The position numbers and the translations under genes were made by a program. A stretch of 64,000 bases of DNA from Centroscyllium fabricii. Taxonomy: Eukaryota. Position 1 is the stretch's first letter. Every line of letters starts with the position of its first letter. Below are positions 1 through 12,169 of this stretch, piece by piece. Below the pieces are notes generated by a model that was not told the origin of the DNA, made no database searches, and saw only the letters and a list, made by a program, of their open reading frames with translations. The stretch lies in assembly GCA_051313645.2 (NCBI GenBank), contig JBNRSN020000001.1, forward strand, positions 382,974,001 to 383,038,000, read 5' to 3'.

Positions 1-832
1 GACTTCGGGGACGTCTCTGCCGACGTGGCTTACCAACCCGGGGCCGGTTCTGCTTAGGAGGCATGTCCGTGGACACAAGACGGACCCTCTTGTTGAACGT
101 GTGCGCCTGCTGCATGCCAACCCTCAGTATGCTTATGTGGAGTACCCAGATGGGCGTGAGGACACCGTCTCGATTAGAGACCTTGCGCCCGCTGGAGACG
201 TTCACTTACAGTCATTGGCGGAGCCCTTGCCCTCTCAGGTCACATTTTCGCAACAGGGGCCGTCTTCTCATTCACCTGCGCAACTACATCGGGGCCCTCA
301 TCACCCACAATGTACGACGGAGCTCATCACGTTGCTCAGCCTACCCTTCCGGCAGCTGCTACACCTCCACCAGATCTTCCTGCGCCTGAGGTACCTCTTC
401 CACCGGTGGAGTCCCTGTTCACGTCAGATGCTCCGTCGGCGCCTTTTCCGATTGAGACTGCTCCCGCCTACTCATGAGAGCCGCCACTGCCTCGCAGGTC
501 TGTTCGGACTGTTCGACCTCCTCAAAGACTGATAACACAGTGCTGATATTCGCCCCGCGGGACTTGTTTTTGAGGAAGGGGTGAATTTGATGAACCATTT
601 GGTGTGGTTCACACTGTGCTATTATTGTATGTAGTTTGTGTTAATAAATCTGTACGTTTCTGTAAGGACCTGGACCGGCTGACCCCGCCTCTGAGTATGG
701 GTATAAAGGAGAATGCTCTGCCCACCTGGCTCTCATTCCGGGCGGACTCATCGCAGACCCGGTTCAGTTCTTTGTGAATAAACGCCTTCAATTACTTTTC
801 ACCAACGACTGGCGTGATTGATTTGCGCATCA
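1..832 (+). mobile_element. 3' end of a Gypsy LTR retrotransposon (double-knuckle lineage): integrase tail, PPT and 3' LTR (586-832)
   Basis: The translation LLHANPQYAYVEYPDGREDTVSIRDLAP matches the integrase tails at about 28450-28560 and 48050-48140. The PPT gaggaaggggtgaa is at 572-585. The LTR has TATAAA at about 703, AATAAA at about 777, and ends GCATCA. Confidence 0.88.
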
Positions 833-2092
833 CACTGATTGCTGGCTATTTGGCGGCGGGGTTGGGGGGGGGCAGCGCACAGTGCAGCCAGTGTCGGAAC
901 GCTGAATGGCTGACCGTAAATTCAGGATTTTTGTGTTAGGATGCATATGCGCTACACCCTGAAGTTGTGGTCAGTTTCAAAGGGGTATTAACAGCAAATG
1001 CTGTTTGTTCACTTTTACTGCCCACCGCAAATTCTGGCCCATTAATATTGTAGAGGAAACTTTATATAAAATGATAATCAGAAGAAATGATTACAAAGCA
1101 ATTACACACTATCCAGTAGTTGAGGTTGACACTTCAAGGACGATCTCACAACTTGTGATGTCAGCTGAACTCTTCAGTTGTCTTGGAATTCACTTGCACA
1201 TAATAAATAAATATACGTGCGCTTGACCATATTAAAGTTCATTTTCAACAGCTCTTGCGTCATTAGATTATGTGATTTTATTTTATGCAGTGTTCTCATT
1301 TTCTCAATTTTGTTTCTGAAGGAGATGTCTCAGCATGAGGCATGGGGGTAAATGTTACACAACAGTGACATACTCTGCCTGCTGCCACTGCATATTGGAA
1401 ATTCCCCGCGAAGGTGGACTCAGAAAAATTAGACTCTGATTCAATGGGTGCCGGCATCGCTCCAGAACTTTGCCTCGGTGGCCATTCTTCATGTGTAGAT
1501 GCCTGTCGACAGAATGGACATCACAGCTGAGCCTATCCTTTCTCATCCACACCCACATATGTGCAGTTTCCTGCAGGTGCTACTGGATAGCTGGCTGATT
1601 TTTCCACTTCCTAACCTAGGGTAACAGTGCAATTGTAGTGCGTCTAAACTACCCCAGTTGAGATTAACCTACTCAGCACAGACTAGAAATAGACCTTCCA
1701 GTTTGTTTGTTTCAGTACCATAGTGGGTTTGGGAGATTGCTTAGTTCGGTTATGTCTAAGAAACTGGTCATTATTAAGTTCTCTTTAAACCTCCCATTAG
1801 TGTATTAATTTCCATTTTTCTTCCTTATTCAAAGTATTATATGTAATTTCCTCATCTTTCTTTTATTTTTGTATTAAAATATGGAAGTGCACTGGAGTTA
1901 ATCTGAAAATCGTTCAAGTGTCATCCTATATTTGGCTTGAACGCCAAGAATTATATTGACTCATATTTTTAATCAACTTAAGTACATTACTTCTGCACAT
2001 GTAAAGTTATCTTTCAATAAAAAGCAGATCATTACCTGCATTTCTTCAAGATTAGTGCATGTCCCATGGGATTGCTTATGGTGAGTCAGAGG

Positions 2093-2645
2093 ACATAGAA
2101 CCATAGAAGATAGGAGCAGGAGTAGGCCATTCAGCCTCTCGAGCCTGCTCTGCCGTTTAATGTGATCATGGCTGATCACCCAAATTCAGTACCCTGTCCC
2201 TGCTTTCTCCCCATATCCCTTGAGCTTTAAGAAATATATCTAACTCTTTCTTGAATATATTTAATGAATTGGCCTCAACTGCCTTTTGTGGTAGAGAATT
2301 CCACAGGTTCACCACTGTCTGGGTGAAGAAATTCCTCCTCATCTCTGTCCTAAATGGCTTACCCATCTTATCTTTAGACTGACCCCTGGTTCTGGACTCC
2401 CCCATCATCGGGAATATCCTTCCTGCATCTAGTCTGTCCAGTCATGTTAGAATTTTCTAAGTTTCAATGAGATCCCCTCTCATTCTTCTAAACTCCAGCG
2501 AGTTTCAAACCAATCGACCCAATCTCTCCTCATATGTCATTCCTGCCATCCCAGGTATCAGCCTGGTGAATCTTCGCTGCACTCCCTCCATGGCAAGAAC
2601 ATCCTTCCTCAGATAAGGTGACCAAAACTGCACACAATACTCAAG
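2093..2645 (-). mobile_element. CR1-like LINE 3' fragment
   Basis: Encodes the ORF2 C-terminus FRTEMRRNFFTQTVVNLWNSLPQKAVEA, followed by the typical tail (gaatggcctactcctgctcct, TCTATG repeats). Confidence 0.85.
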
Positions 2646-3282
2646 GACGTACTATTTTATAACACATGTAACACACAGCATACTATAGTTGATCTCTCAC
2701 TGCATTAGTTATAACCAAAAATATCTCTTTTCCTGTAATCTGGAAGCTTCCTGTAAGTCTCTGCCTGTTTCACATTCTTAAAGCTTAAGGCTGGATTTTC
2801 ATGAGGAAGGGGGGTGGGGGTGGGGGTGGGGGTGGGGGTGCTCCGATGCAGGCGGGAACCCCAGGTGAACGGCAGGGCCTGATTTGCACCTGAAGCCTCT
2901 ATTTTCTCACCCACAGCCAACCAGATGGAGAAGCAGGCTGGCTGTGGGCGGGTAGGCTGCACTAGGCCACACAGAGGAGGGAGAGAGGGATTGTGTGGGG
3001 GCCGGCGGGGAGGGGGAGGAGGTGAGGATGATTGCGGCCATCAGGGGACTGGGTTGGGGGGGGGGGTGGCGGGTGGGGGAGGTGAGGACGATCGGGGCTG
3101 TCGAGGGACCAGGGGTGAGAGGCGGGGTGGCGAACGATCATGGCCGGCCATCATCTGGCTTGGGGTAGTGAGGATGATCCAATCGGGGTCAGCCACCAGA
3201 GCATTGCGGCTTCTTAAAACCGTAAATGAGCGGGTTGGAGGTGGGTTAAGGCTGGGATTCTGATTTTTAACAATTTAACTAC

Positions 3283-3556
3283 TGACGTATCGTCAATAAG
3301 ACCAAAGACGAGTAGTTACCTTAACTACAGGCTTTTATTAACTTAAAGATGGAGCTAGTCTCCTGTTGAACACAAGGCACAGAATGACTGGGGGCAGGGC
3401 AGACCTCACCGATAAAGCTCCCACCTGAGGGGAGGAGTTAGAGGTGTGGCTGACCTGGCCTTACAAGCAGTGTTCTACACACAATACACCAAGCAACTAT
3501 ATACATTGGTAATATGGTACAATGCAACTATATACAGTGGTAATATGATTACCACA
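3283..3556 (-). mobile_element. Solo LTR, double-knuckle Gypsy lineage (related to the LTR at 62674-62955)
   Basis: TG...CA ends, 5-bp TSD ACTAC (3278-3282 and 3557-3561), clear similarity to the LTRs at 47427 and 62674. Confidence 0.92.
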
Positions 3557-3604
3557 ACTACCCCCACTCCAAATTCACCCATTTTTCCAGGTATAAATTC
3601 CCCG

Positions 3605-6600
3605 TGTAGCGCCGGCAGGGCCTAGGAACCACACGTGAGCCAGAGCTAGAGAAAACACAGCTTTAATATACTAAACAAAACAAGAAAGAGAGTGAACCAC
3701 TCGCAACAAGCGTATTTAAACAGTCCCGCGGTTGGTGACGTCATCGCGTCGGCCGACGTGGTGACGTCATCGCGTCACCCGGATGAGCGGGGCTTTGCTC
3801 CGCGGAGTTCCCGTGGCGGATTCGATGTCCCAGTGGGCGTGCCGCCACACAGCTCCCCCCAGAATCCGTCCGGGAGGAATAGTAACAGAGTCTATGTGTG
3901 CCGTTGGGGTGGCCGGATGATGCGGCCGGACCGTGTTGTCTGTTGCTCCTGGTTCTGCGGTGGAGTGTGGGCGGGTTTTGTTGCGGGAGGGCGACCGCGT
4001 TGTGGTGGTTGTGCGGGGACCGTTGTCTCACCCGCTATAACGTGTGCCGGCTTGAGCCGGTCTATTGTCACAGTGTCAGTCCTGTTGCCCATTTGTAATT
4101 CAAAAGCTTTAGCTCCCGCCCGAAGCACTCTGTAGGGGCCATCGTACGGTGGCTGTAGTGGAGATCGGTGTCCGTCGTGCCGGACGAACACAAATTTAGC
4201 GTTTTTAATGCCGTCCGGCACCCGAGCTGCCGGCTCTCCATGCCGGGCCACTGGTAGTGGCTGGAAAGCTCGTGCCGGGTTGGCGAAGTCCCTTAAATAC
4301 TGGTCGGCTGACCAGGGAGCATTGGGCTCAGCCAGGAACTCGCCCGGCACCGTTAAAGTTTGGCCGTAGACGAGCTCTGCTGCCGAGGCGTTTAGATCTT
4401 CCTTGACTGCCGAGCGCAGCCCGAGGAGAACCCATGGAAGGCGGTCAGTCCACGACGCGTCCTTGAGCGTGGCTCATAGCGATGCCTTCATTGAGCCGTG
4501 GAACCGTTCGCATAGCCCGTTCGCTTGTGGGTGGTATGCAGTGGTTCGATGTAGTGTCACCCCAAGGTCGTGGGCGATGGCCGCCCATAATGCCGACGTA
4601 AACTGGGGTCCTCTGTCGGAGGTGATGTCTGTGGGCACGCCGAAGCGGGCGACCCAGGTGGCGATGAACGCCCTGGCCAAGTCCGTGGTGCCGGTGGCGG
4701 TGAGGGGGACTGCTTCTGGCCAGCGAGTGTTGCGGTCGACCATGGTCATTAGGTGCGTGTGGCCCCGGGATGGCGGTAGTGGCCCGACGAGATCGTTATG
4801 GACGTGGTCAAAGCGTCTGGCCGGCACTTTAAAAGTTTCCAGCGGTGCCCTGATGTGCTTATGCACTTTGGAGCGCTGGCAGGCTATGCAGGAGCTGGCC
4901 CAGGCACGGACGTCCTTGCGCAGGCCGCGCCATACGAACCGGGCCGAGATGAATTTGATGGATGCGCGGGCGCCGGGGTGGGACAGGTCATGGAGGGTCC
5001 TAAATATGTGTCGCCTCCAAGCGTGGGGTACGACTGGCCTGGGCTGCGGCAAGGATACGTCGCAGCAGACGACGGTGACAGCGGGGCCGTGCGCGATATT
5101 GGCCAAGTGGAGGCCGGGGAGATTAGCTGCTGCGTTGAGCAGGTCGGGGTCGGCCAGCTGGTCCGCGGCCAGCTGGGCATAATCGACCACCATTTGGGCG
5201 GCGTTAATGGTGGGGCGTGAGAGGCAGTCAGCGACCACGTTGTCGCGGCCGGAAATGTGCTGGATGTCGGTTGTAAATTCCGACACGGCCGCGAGTTGGC
5301 GCTGCTGCCTGGCCGACCAGGGTTCGGCGACCTTAGCCATCGCAAACGTGAGTGGCTTATGGTCGCTGAAGGCTGTGAAGTGGCGGCCCTCCAAGAGGAA
5401 ACAAAAGTGTCGCACTGCCAGATGGAGAGCGAGTAGCTCCCTATCGAAGGCGCTGTATTTAACCTCTGGGGGCCGGAGTTGCCGGCTGAAAAAGGCCAGG
5501 GGCTGCCACGAGTTGCCGGTCCACTGCTCAAATACGGCCCCGACCGCATGGTCGGAGGCGTCGGTGCTGAGGGCTACTCTGGCGTTGGGCCTAGGGTGGG
5601 CTAGGAGGGTGGCGTTTGCCAGGGCGGTTTTAGTTGCGGTGAAGGCGGTGGCGGCGTCGGCCGTCCACTCGACCGCAGCCTTGTTGGACTGCCCGCGGGT
5701 GGCCTGGTATAAGGGGGCCATGAGAGCGGCTGCTCCCGGGATAAAGTAGTTATAAAAATTAACCATGCCTAAGAATTCCTGCAGCCCTTTAATGGAGTGC
5801 GGGCGGGGGAATTCCTGTACCGCCTGCACCTTGGAGGGCAGGTTATGGCCCCTGTTTGGGAAATGCGGTGGCCGAGGAAGTCAATAGTCTCGAGGTCGAA
5901 TTTGCACTTGGTGGGGCTTAAGATAAGGCCGTGTTCGGTAAGGCGCTGGAACAGGGTCCTGAGGTGCAGGAGGTGTTCCTGGGGGGAGGTGCTGGCCACG
6001 AGGATGTCGTCTAAATAGACGAAAATGAACTTCAAGTCCCGTAGGACTGAGTCCATGAGGCGCTGGAAGGCCTGGGCCGCGTTTTTAAGGCCGAAGGGCA
6101 TCCTAAGGAACTCGAAGAGCCCGAAGGGGGTAATAACGGCCGTTTTAGGAATGTCCGCCGGGTGTACCGGCACCTGGTGGTAGCCACGCACCAGGTCGAT
6201 CTTGGAAAAGATCGTACAGCCCGCTAATCTGGCGGAAAAATCCTGGATGTGGGGTACGGGGTACCTATCCGGGGTGGTGGCGTTGTTTAGGCGGCGGTAG
6301 TCGCCGCAGGGGCGCCAACCTCCGTCGGGCTTGGGGGCTATGTGGAGAGGAGAGGCCCAGGGGCTGTTGGAGCGGCCGATTATACCGAGTTGCTCCATGG
6401 TGCGGAACTCGGTGCGCGCTATCTCCTGCTTGGCCGGGTCGAGCCTACGGGCGTGGGCATGGACGGGAGGGCCTGTGGTCGTTATAAAATGCTCCACCCC
6501 GTGTTTGGCCTGTCGGGCGGTGAACGTGGGGTTGGTTAGGGCGGGGAACTCCGCAAGAAGTGTGCCGTAGGCATCGGAGTCCCGGGAGCAGCATTGGGCT

Positions 6601-8054
6601 GCCGCATGGGCCAGGAGTGCGGGCCCTGTGGAGCATGGGATGGTCGTCATGGTATTTATGTTGACCAAGCGGCGCCGGGTTACCTCGACCAGTAGGCCGT
6701 AGGCGCAGAGGAAATCTGCCCCGAGGAGGGGCGATGTGACCTGGGCCGTTACGAAATCCCAGGTGTACGCGTGGCTTGCAAGGGTAATTGTAAGCTTGCG
6801 GGTGCCGTACGTTTTTATACTGGAGCCGTTGGCCGCCGCTAGTGGCGGGCCCCGGGTGCCTTGTTTGGTTTCTGCAGGGGAGGCTGGCACGATGCTGTGC
6901 TGCGCGCCTGTGTCGCAGAGGAACCTGAGGCCTGTGCCGCTGTCCATAGCAAAGAGCAGTGCTCCTGTGTGGCCTACAGACATGGTGGGGGCTGAGTTGG
7001 GCCGTGGCTTGAACGCGCATGGCTGGACGCAGCGGTGCGCTTTGTGATCGAACCGCATGTGGTAGTAGCACCAGCCGGTGCTAGAGGGACACGGTTGCCT
7101 AGGTGGGCGCGGGGCCCTAGGTTCAGGCGTAAAGTTATGCCTGGGGGGTGATTGGCTGCGCTCTACCGATGCGGAGTTAGGGTCGCACGTGGTTGAGCGG
7201 GTGCGCTGCGCCTCCATGAGCCTGTTGGCTTCCTCTCCGAGCTCGTCATCGCTCCGTTGGCCAAGGGCCGCCAAGGCCGGTCTGATGGCGCGGGGCAGTT
7301 TAAGGAGGAAGACGGTGCGGAAGAGGGAGGCCGGGTTGGGTGTGAGCACTTGCATCTGACCTAAGAGGTCTGATGGGTCTGCGTCCCCGAGTTCGGGGAG
7401 GTCGAGGAGCTGGCAGTCGCGCTCAAATTGAGAGGGGGTAAAAAAAATTATAAGCGCGGCCTTGAGTGATTCATACCTGCCTGCGGTGGGCACACGCTGT
7501 ATTTTTGACCACATCCGATCGATCGTCGACTGTGGTAGGGCTGAGAACACCAGGTCGTAGCGGTCGTCCCCCTGGATGCCATGTGTGCGGCAGCTGGTCT
7601 CGATGCACATAAACCAGGCCGCTGGCCGTTGCTCCCAGAACTCGGGTAGAGTTAGTCCACGTCCGGCATTCTGGCCAAGTCCTTGCGTTCGTGGAGCTTG
7701 GTTCCTTGGGTTTACCATGTTTTCTTATTTAAAAAGTTCTTTGGCTGGTGGTCCCAGATCCTGCGGCACCTTTTCTTCTTTGGAAATCGTTCCAATTCGG
7801 GGTCACCACTGTAGCACCGGCAGGGCCTAGGAACCACACGTGAGCCAGAGCTAGAGAAAACACAGCTTTAATATACTAAACAAAACAAGAAAGAGAGTGA
7901 ACCACTCGCAACAAGCCTATTTAAACAGTCCCGCGGTTGGTGACGTCATCGCGTCGGCCGACGTGGTGACGTCGTCGCGTCACCCGGATGAGCGGGGCTT
8001 TGCTCCGCGGAGTTCCCGTGGCGGATTCGATGTCCCAGTGGGCGTGCCGCCACA
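3605..8054 (-). mobile_element. Full-length Gypsy retrotransposon, CsRn1/Kabuki-like clade
   Basis: 245-bp LTRs (3605-3849, 7810-8054) with 3 differences seen. 4-bp TSD CCCG. PBS TGGTGACCCCGA (tRNA-Trp-like) at 7797-7808. G-rich PPT at about 3850-3862. CHCC Gag motif [18 protein letters not shown]. Confidence 0.96.
3892..7718 (-). pseudogene. gag-pol: Disrupted gag-pol (Gag-PR-RT-RNaseH-IN) with one frameshift near 5840 and one nonsense codon at 4474-4476
   Basis: Protease [14 protein letters not shown], RNase H TDASD...YSAFDRELLA, integrase HPG...CIAC, SDRGPQF and GPY motifs. ORFs 4474-5829 and 3892-4350 are in frame. Confidence 0.93.
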
Positions 8055-8399
8055 CCCGCAAAGTATCAGTTTCTCCAACTTGTCTTCCACTCTTTTTCTC
8101 CCTATTCCTCTCTGTTTGTAAGCCTAGCCACCAAGAGTACTTGCCAGTTTGCAGGCTCACTCAACCAGTCTGAATACTTCACATGCTGTGTCATATTTTT
8201 CTCACTATTGTGTCTGCATCATTCTGTCCAACTCTTTCGCTCTCTGTAATTCTGCCCTCCCCTCTGCCTCTTTCTTCTGCAGGTTTCCAGTGTTTCTGTG
8301 GCACTCACACAGTTTCCTTCGCCAATGTATTTAGTACTTTTCTTACTTCTTTCAAGGCTCAAAATATGCAGGAAATTGGGAGGGAACATATGCCTGTTT

Positions 8400-9230
8400 A
8401 AAGATGGGGGGTGAAGTTGAAGAGTTGCAGCCTCAGAGATTGACATAAAAGGTGGGGTTTGAGTAGGGATCGGGGGGAGTGCAGCCAGTTGGAAGCAAGG
8501 GGTTGGAGTGTGGATGGAAGGGAGAGGGCACAGATTTGGAGTTGGAGGAGGTCTGGACATGCAAGTAGTCATGGTGATTGGGAGTGCTGGGATCTGGGAA
8601 CACTCAATGGGAATGCAGTCTGGGGCTTGGGAGGACCTTGGGGCCAGTAGGCCTCTTGTTGCAATCATGGGAGTGGTTGCTAGAACATGGGAGTACACAT
8701 TTGTGGCGTACACTGCGAGGTCCAACAGGAGGAGGCTGGTGTCTGGATGGGATTAATAAAAGAGTCTGGACATTGGAAAGTCTCAGGAGGCTGGGAATCC
8801 TGAAGAACTGTGGGACATTTGCGTCTGTTCGAAGGCATTGGAAGCTTTGAGCACTGGAGAGTGGGGAGTATTGGAGGGGGCTGAAATGTGGAATCACAAA
8901 GCCAAGGGAGGAGTGGAGTGGAGTTGAGTGGAGTGGAGTGGATTGATGTGTGGAAGCACTGGGCTATGTGCACTGTAAGGAGATTAGATTGTAGGGAGCA
9001 TGGAGAGGGAATCTGGGAGCATTGTGCAGTGGGGATAAGATAGAGATTGGAATCACATAAGAGGTCTAGGAGGAAATAAAAGCTGGAAGCATGATAGATA
9101 TAGTCTGGAAGAAGTTGATAACAGATGGCCAGGACCAGACTATAGCCAGGTTCAGGAGTGGCCAAGCCTAGGAACAGAGCACAGCAGTGGCTAAGAACAC
9201 AAGAAAGATGCTGCATGCTAACAATAGCAC
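8400..9230 (-). mobile_element. Degenerate LINE-like (possibly L2-type) remnant
   Basis: G-rich plus strand with the composition of an antisense LINE ORF2. No intact motif found. Confidence 0.35.
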
Positions 9231-9399
9231 CAACAAATATAATTCAGTATTTTTCATACTTTTTGGGGGTTGAACTTTATCAAAAAACTCTAGGTACCTA
9301 TAACCCTCTAGTTAGGATACGGATACTGGTAAATCTACCAAAAGAGGGTCTTTTCTTTCTCTGTCAATTTGTTTCTGTTTTTCTTCATAGCTGTCATTG

Positions 9400-9680
9400 G
9401 CAGCTCCCTTGCCTCATAGTGAGAAGATTGCAGTTCAAGCCGCATTCCGGGACTTAATAATACAAGCTGGGAAATTCCTCTGAACTCCTCCCGCTCTGCC
9501 AATGTTACTTTGCTGGAAATGCGGCGGAAAACCAATTCATCCAGTGGAGCAAGAGCAGCTCTAAAGAAATTCCTGCCAATAATCTAGGCTCATATTTTCA
9601 GTGCAGTACTGAAACATTTATGAACCCTTTGGATGAGATTTTAAACTGAGGCAAGGTTTGTCTGTTCAAGTGTATGTTAA
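9400..9680 (+). mobile_element. Degenerate DeuSINE-like SINE
   Basis: tRNA-like B box (gttcaagc) and a Deu-domain-like segment (cagtgcagtactga...ctttggatgagattttaaactgagg). Confidence 0.45.
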
Positions 9681-10159
9681 CATAGGAATTGCTAGACGAA
9701 AAAAAGACCATGGTCCATTTAATTCGCTTTATACCATCCTGGTAGTCGCATGATGCAATGATAATGGGGTTGTTGACTAATCCTGCCAATCAATCTCTAA
9801 CAATTAGTTTACAACAGATCCAGACATGAGGCAAGGAAAACTCCCAGTGCTGGAAAGCTTTGGGTACCATCGACCTAAAGTCAGCTTTTTCCTCCCAAAT
9901 ATGCTACATTTACCACATCAGGTCTCAAAGTGCTCATATACTGTATCCCAAAATATGAAACACGAAAGACACACTTAACTATAGGCTTTTAATCACTTAA
10001 AGATGGAGCTAGTCTCCAGTCGAACACAGGGAAAGCACAAGGATGATTAGTTGATTTTGTAATGTAATATTGGAATGAATCATTAAAAATTATGGTTGGA
10101 ATGTTTGTTTTTTGCTGGCTTTCATTTCAGCATTGTGCGCAAGAGGGCGCTGTGATGTT

Positions 10160-10860
10160 CTGTGACAGAGGGATGGTGAGGTGGGGAAGTGTTGAGCAAT
10201 GGGGATCTGATGTTTCAGTTAGGGGAGCTGGAGTCTGATGCCGTGCTCACGGACAGCCCTCTTCCCTTCCTCCTCCTCCTCCTCTTCCTCCTCCTGAGGT
10301 GGTCGCAGAACCCGTAGTGACAAGGGCTGCACTGTTGTGATGGCCAAGTTGTGAAGGATGCAGCTTACACCCACCCCGGCAATTACTGGAGGGCTCCTCC
10401 CGGGCGGACAAGACAGCAGAACTGTTGCTTCAGCATCCGATCGTCTGCTCGATGAGGTTCCTCGTGGCTGTCATTATATGAGTGCTGGCCACGAGTGGTG
10501 GGGTTGCAGAGGGGAAACATCACTCAGGTATAGAGCTGCTAGCTGTTGTCTCCAAGCAGCCACCCTTGGGTTTGACGTGGTGGCTGGAAGACTGCTGGCA
10601 CAACTGATTAGTGCAGGATGAAGGCATCATGACTGCTGCCAGGGTACCGGGCATTCATCATCACAATATGCTGGGCGTGGTTGCACACCAACTGCACATT
10701 AAAAGAGTGGTAGCCTTTGCGGTTTCAGTACATCTCAGCATTGATATGTGGCACCCACAACGCCATGTGTGTGCAATCAATGGTGCCATGCACAATGGGA
10801 AGGCCCAATATCCATGCTCCTCCTGCTACTCTCTGTTTAGACAGAAGACAATGAAGTCCC
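10160..10860 (-). pseudogene. Decayed PIF/Harbinger transposase fragment
   Basis: The minus-strand translation GTIDCTHMALWVP..NRKGYHSFNVQLVCNH...NARYPGSSHDAFIL aligns with the transposase at 25994-26941 and includes an acidic GAG run at 10262-10296. Confidence 0.85.
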
Positions 10861-10869
10861 TTCCTTTTT

Positions 10870-11060
10870 TTATTCATTGATGGGATGTGGACGTCGCTGG
10901 CTGGCTAGGCCTGCATTTAGTACCTATTCCTAATTGCCCTTGAGAAGATGGTGGTGAGCCACCTTCTTGAACCGCTGCAGTCCATATGGTGTAGGTACAC
11001 CCACAATGTTGTTAGGAAGGGAGTTCCAGGATTTTGGCCCAGCGACAGTGAAGGTGTCCA
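10870..11060 (-). mobile_element. LINE 3' tail fragment (same family as 18095-18330)
   Basis: Reverse complement of the tail PKSWNSLPN...GLQRFKK.AHHHLL, similar to 18095-18330. Confidence 0.7.
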
Positions 11061-11615
11061 CACAACAATTGCCAGGCAGGAGTGTTCCCTCCCAGTCGGG
11101 GAACATTTCAGCAGTGAAGGACATTCAGCCTCCGATCTTCGGGTAAGCATTCTCCAAGGCGGCCTTCGAGACACACGACAACGCAAAATCGTCGAGCAGA
11201 GGCTGATAGCCAAATTCCGCACCCATGAGGACGGTCTCAACCGTGATATCGGCTTCATGTCACGCTACATGTGACCCTGCCTGACGTAGAGTCATCCAGA
11301 CCAGAGACATCTTTGTCTTGTAAGGAAATTCCTTTTTCAATGATCATTCTGTGTGTTTTGCAGCATTTGACCCCTTGTGACCGTGCCTCATGGATCTCAG
11401 ACTGATATGTTAAAATATGTTAATATGCCTTTGTGTGCTCTGTCTGTCTCTGCTAAGGTGAGATGTGGGAGATCAGATTTCTCTCTCCCTTCCATATGTG
11501 CATTCTTTAAGTCAGCTTCTCTTTCGCCTGACGAAGGGGCAGATGCTCCGAAAGCTTGTGATTTAAAATAAAACTGTTGGACTATAACTTGGTGTTGTGT
11601 GACTTCTTGCATTTG
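11061..11615 (+). mobile_element. Penelope-like retroelement 3' fragment: GIY-YIG endonuclease C-terminus plus pLTR
   Basis: Encodes PVGEHFSSEGHSASDLRVSIL...RKIVEQRLIAKFRTHEDGLNRD, a typical PLE GIY-YIG end, followed by a hammerhead core. Confidence 0.85.
11528..11557 (+). ncRNA. Minimal hammerhead ribozyme core (Penelope-associated)
   Basis: CUGACGA-a-GGGGC(agat)GCUCC-GAAA followed by palindromic AAGCUU. Confidence 0.7.
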
Positions 11616-12169
11616 TCCTTCTTCTGAAGGCTGCCCCATCGAAGTCCTCATCTGAGTCCTGTGCAGCAGATCTCGTGTGTGGCCTCGCCCTTCAGGGAGC
11701 TGGCACCTGCTCTACCATTTCCCCCTGGCCTGGTTGAATCTATAAGAATAAAAATGTATGTTTTGTCAAAATTATGATGTGTGATGGACTAGAGACTATT
11801 AATATAAGATGTATGTAATAAAGATTAGTTTAAAGTGTATGGATCTCCCCTGGGAGTGGAGCTCAAGGCAACGGTATGAAACTTAACGAAAGAAACCTGC
11901 AAAACAAGATAACCCCCACAGAGCCAGCATCGAAAACCCATTGAAACTCAAGAGCCATTAAAAGGTGTTAACAAACAATTAACTTAATCAAGAAATGACA
12001 TCAGCCACTGCACATCAGTAAGGAAAGCCAATCTCTTTCTCTCCTCTCTCCCCCACCCACCCCCCGCCACCCTCTACAGACCAGACCAAGAAGCAAGGAA
12101 GGCAGCCATGTGCATTGCTTGACTCAAAGGGAAGTATAAGTCTGTTTAAATCTGTAACCTATTATCTAA

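Noticed and set aside
4403-5749. Long plus-strand ORFs opposite Gypsy pol (also at 20354-23392 and 47760-51465)
   Set aside because: These are antisense shadows of GC-rich coding sequence with no recognisable domains.
9973-10030. Short fragment matching the family C LTR including TTTTAATCACTTAA
   Set aside because: An isolated remnant of about 60 bp without termini, so it is not an independent example of the stem.
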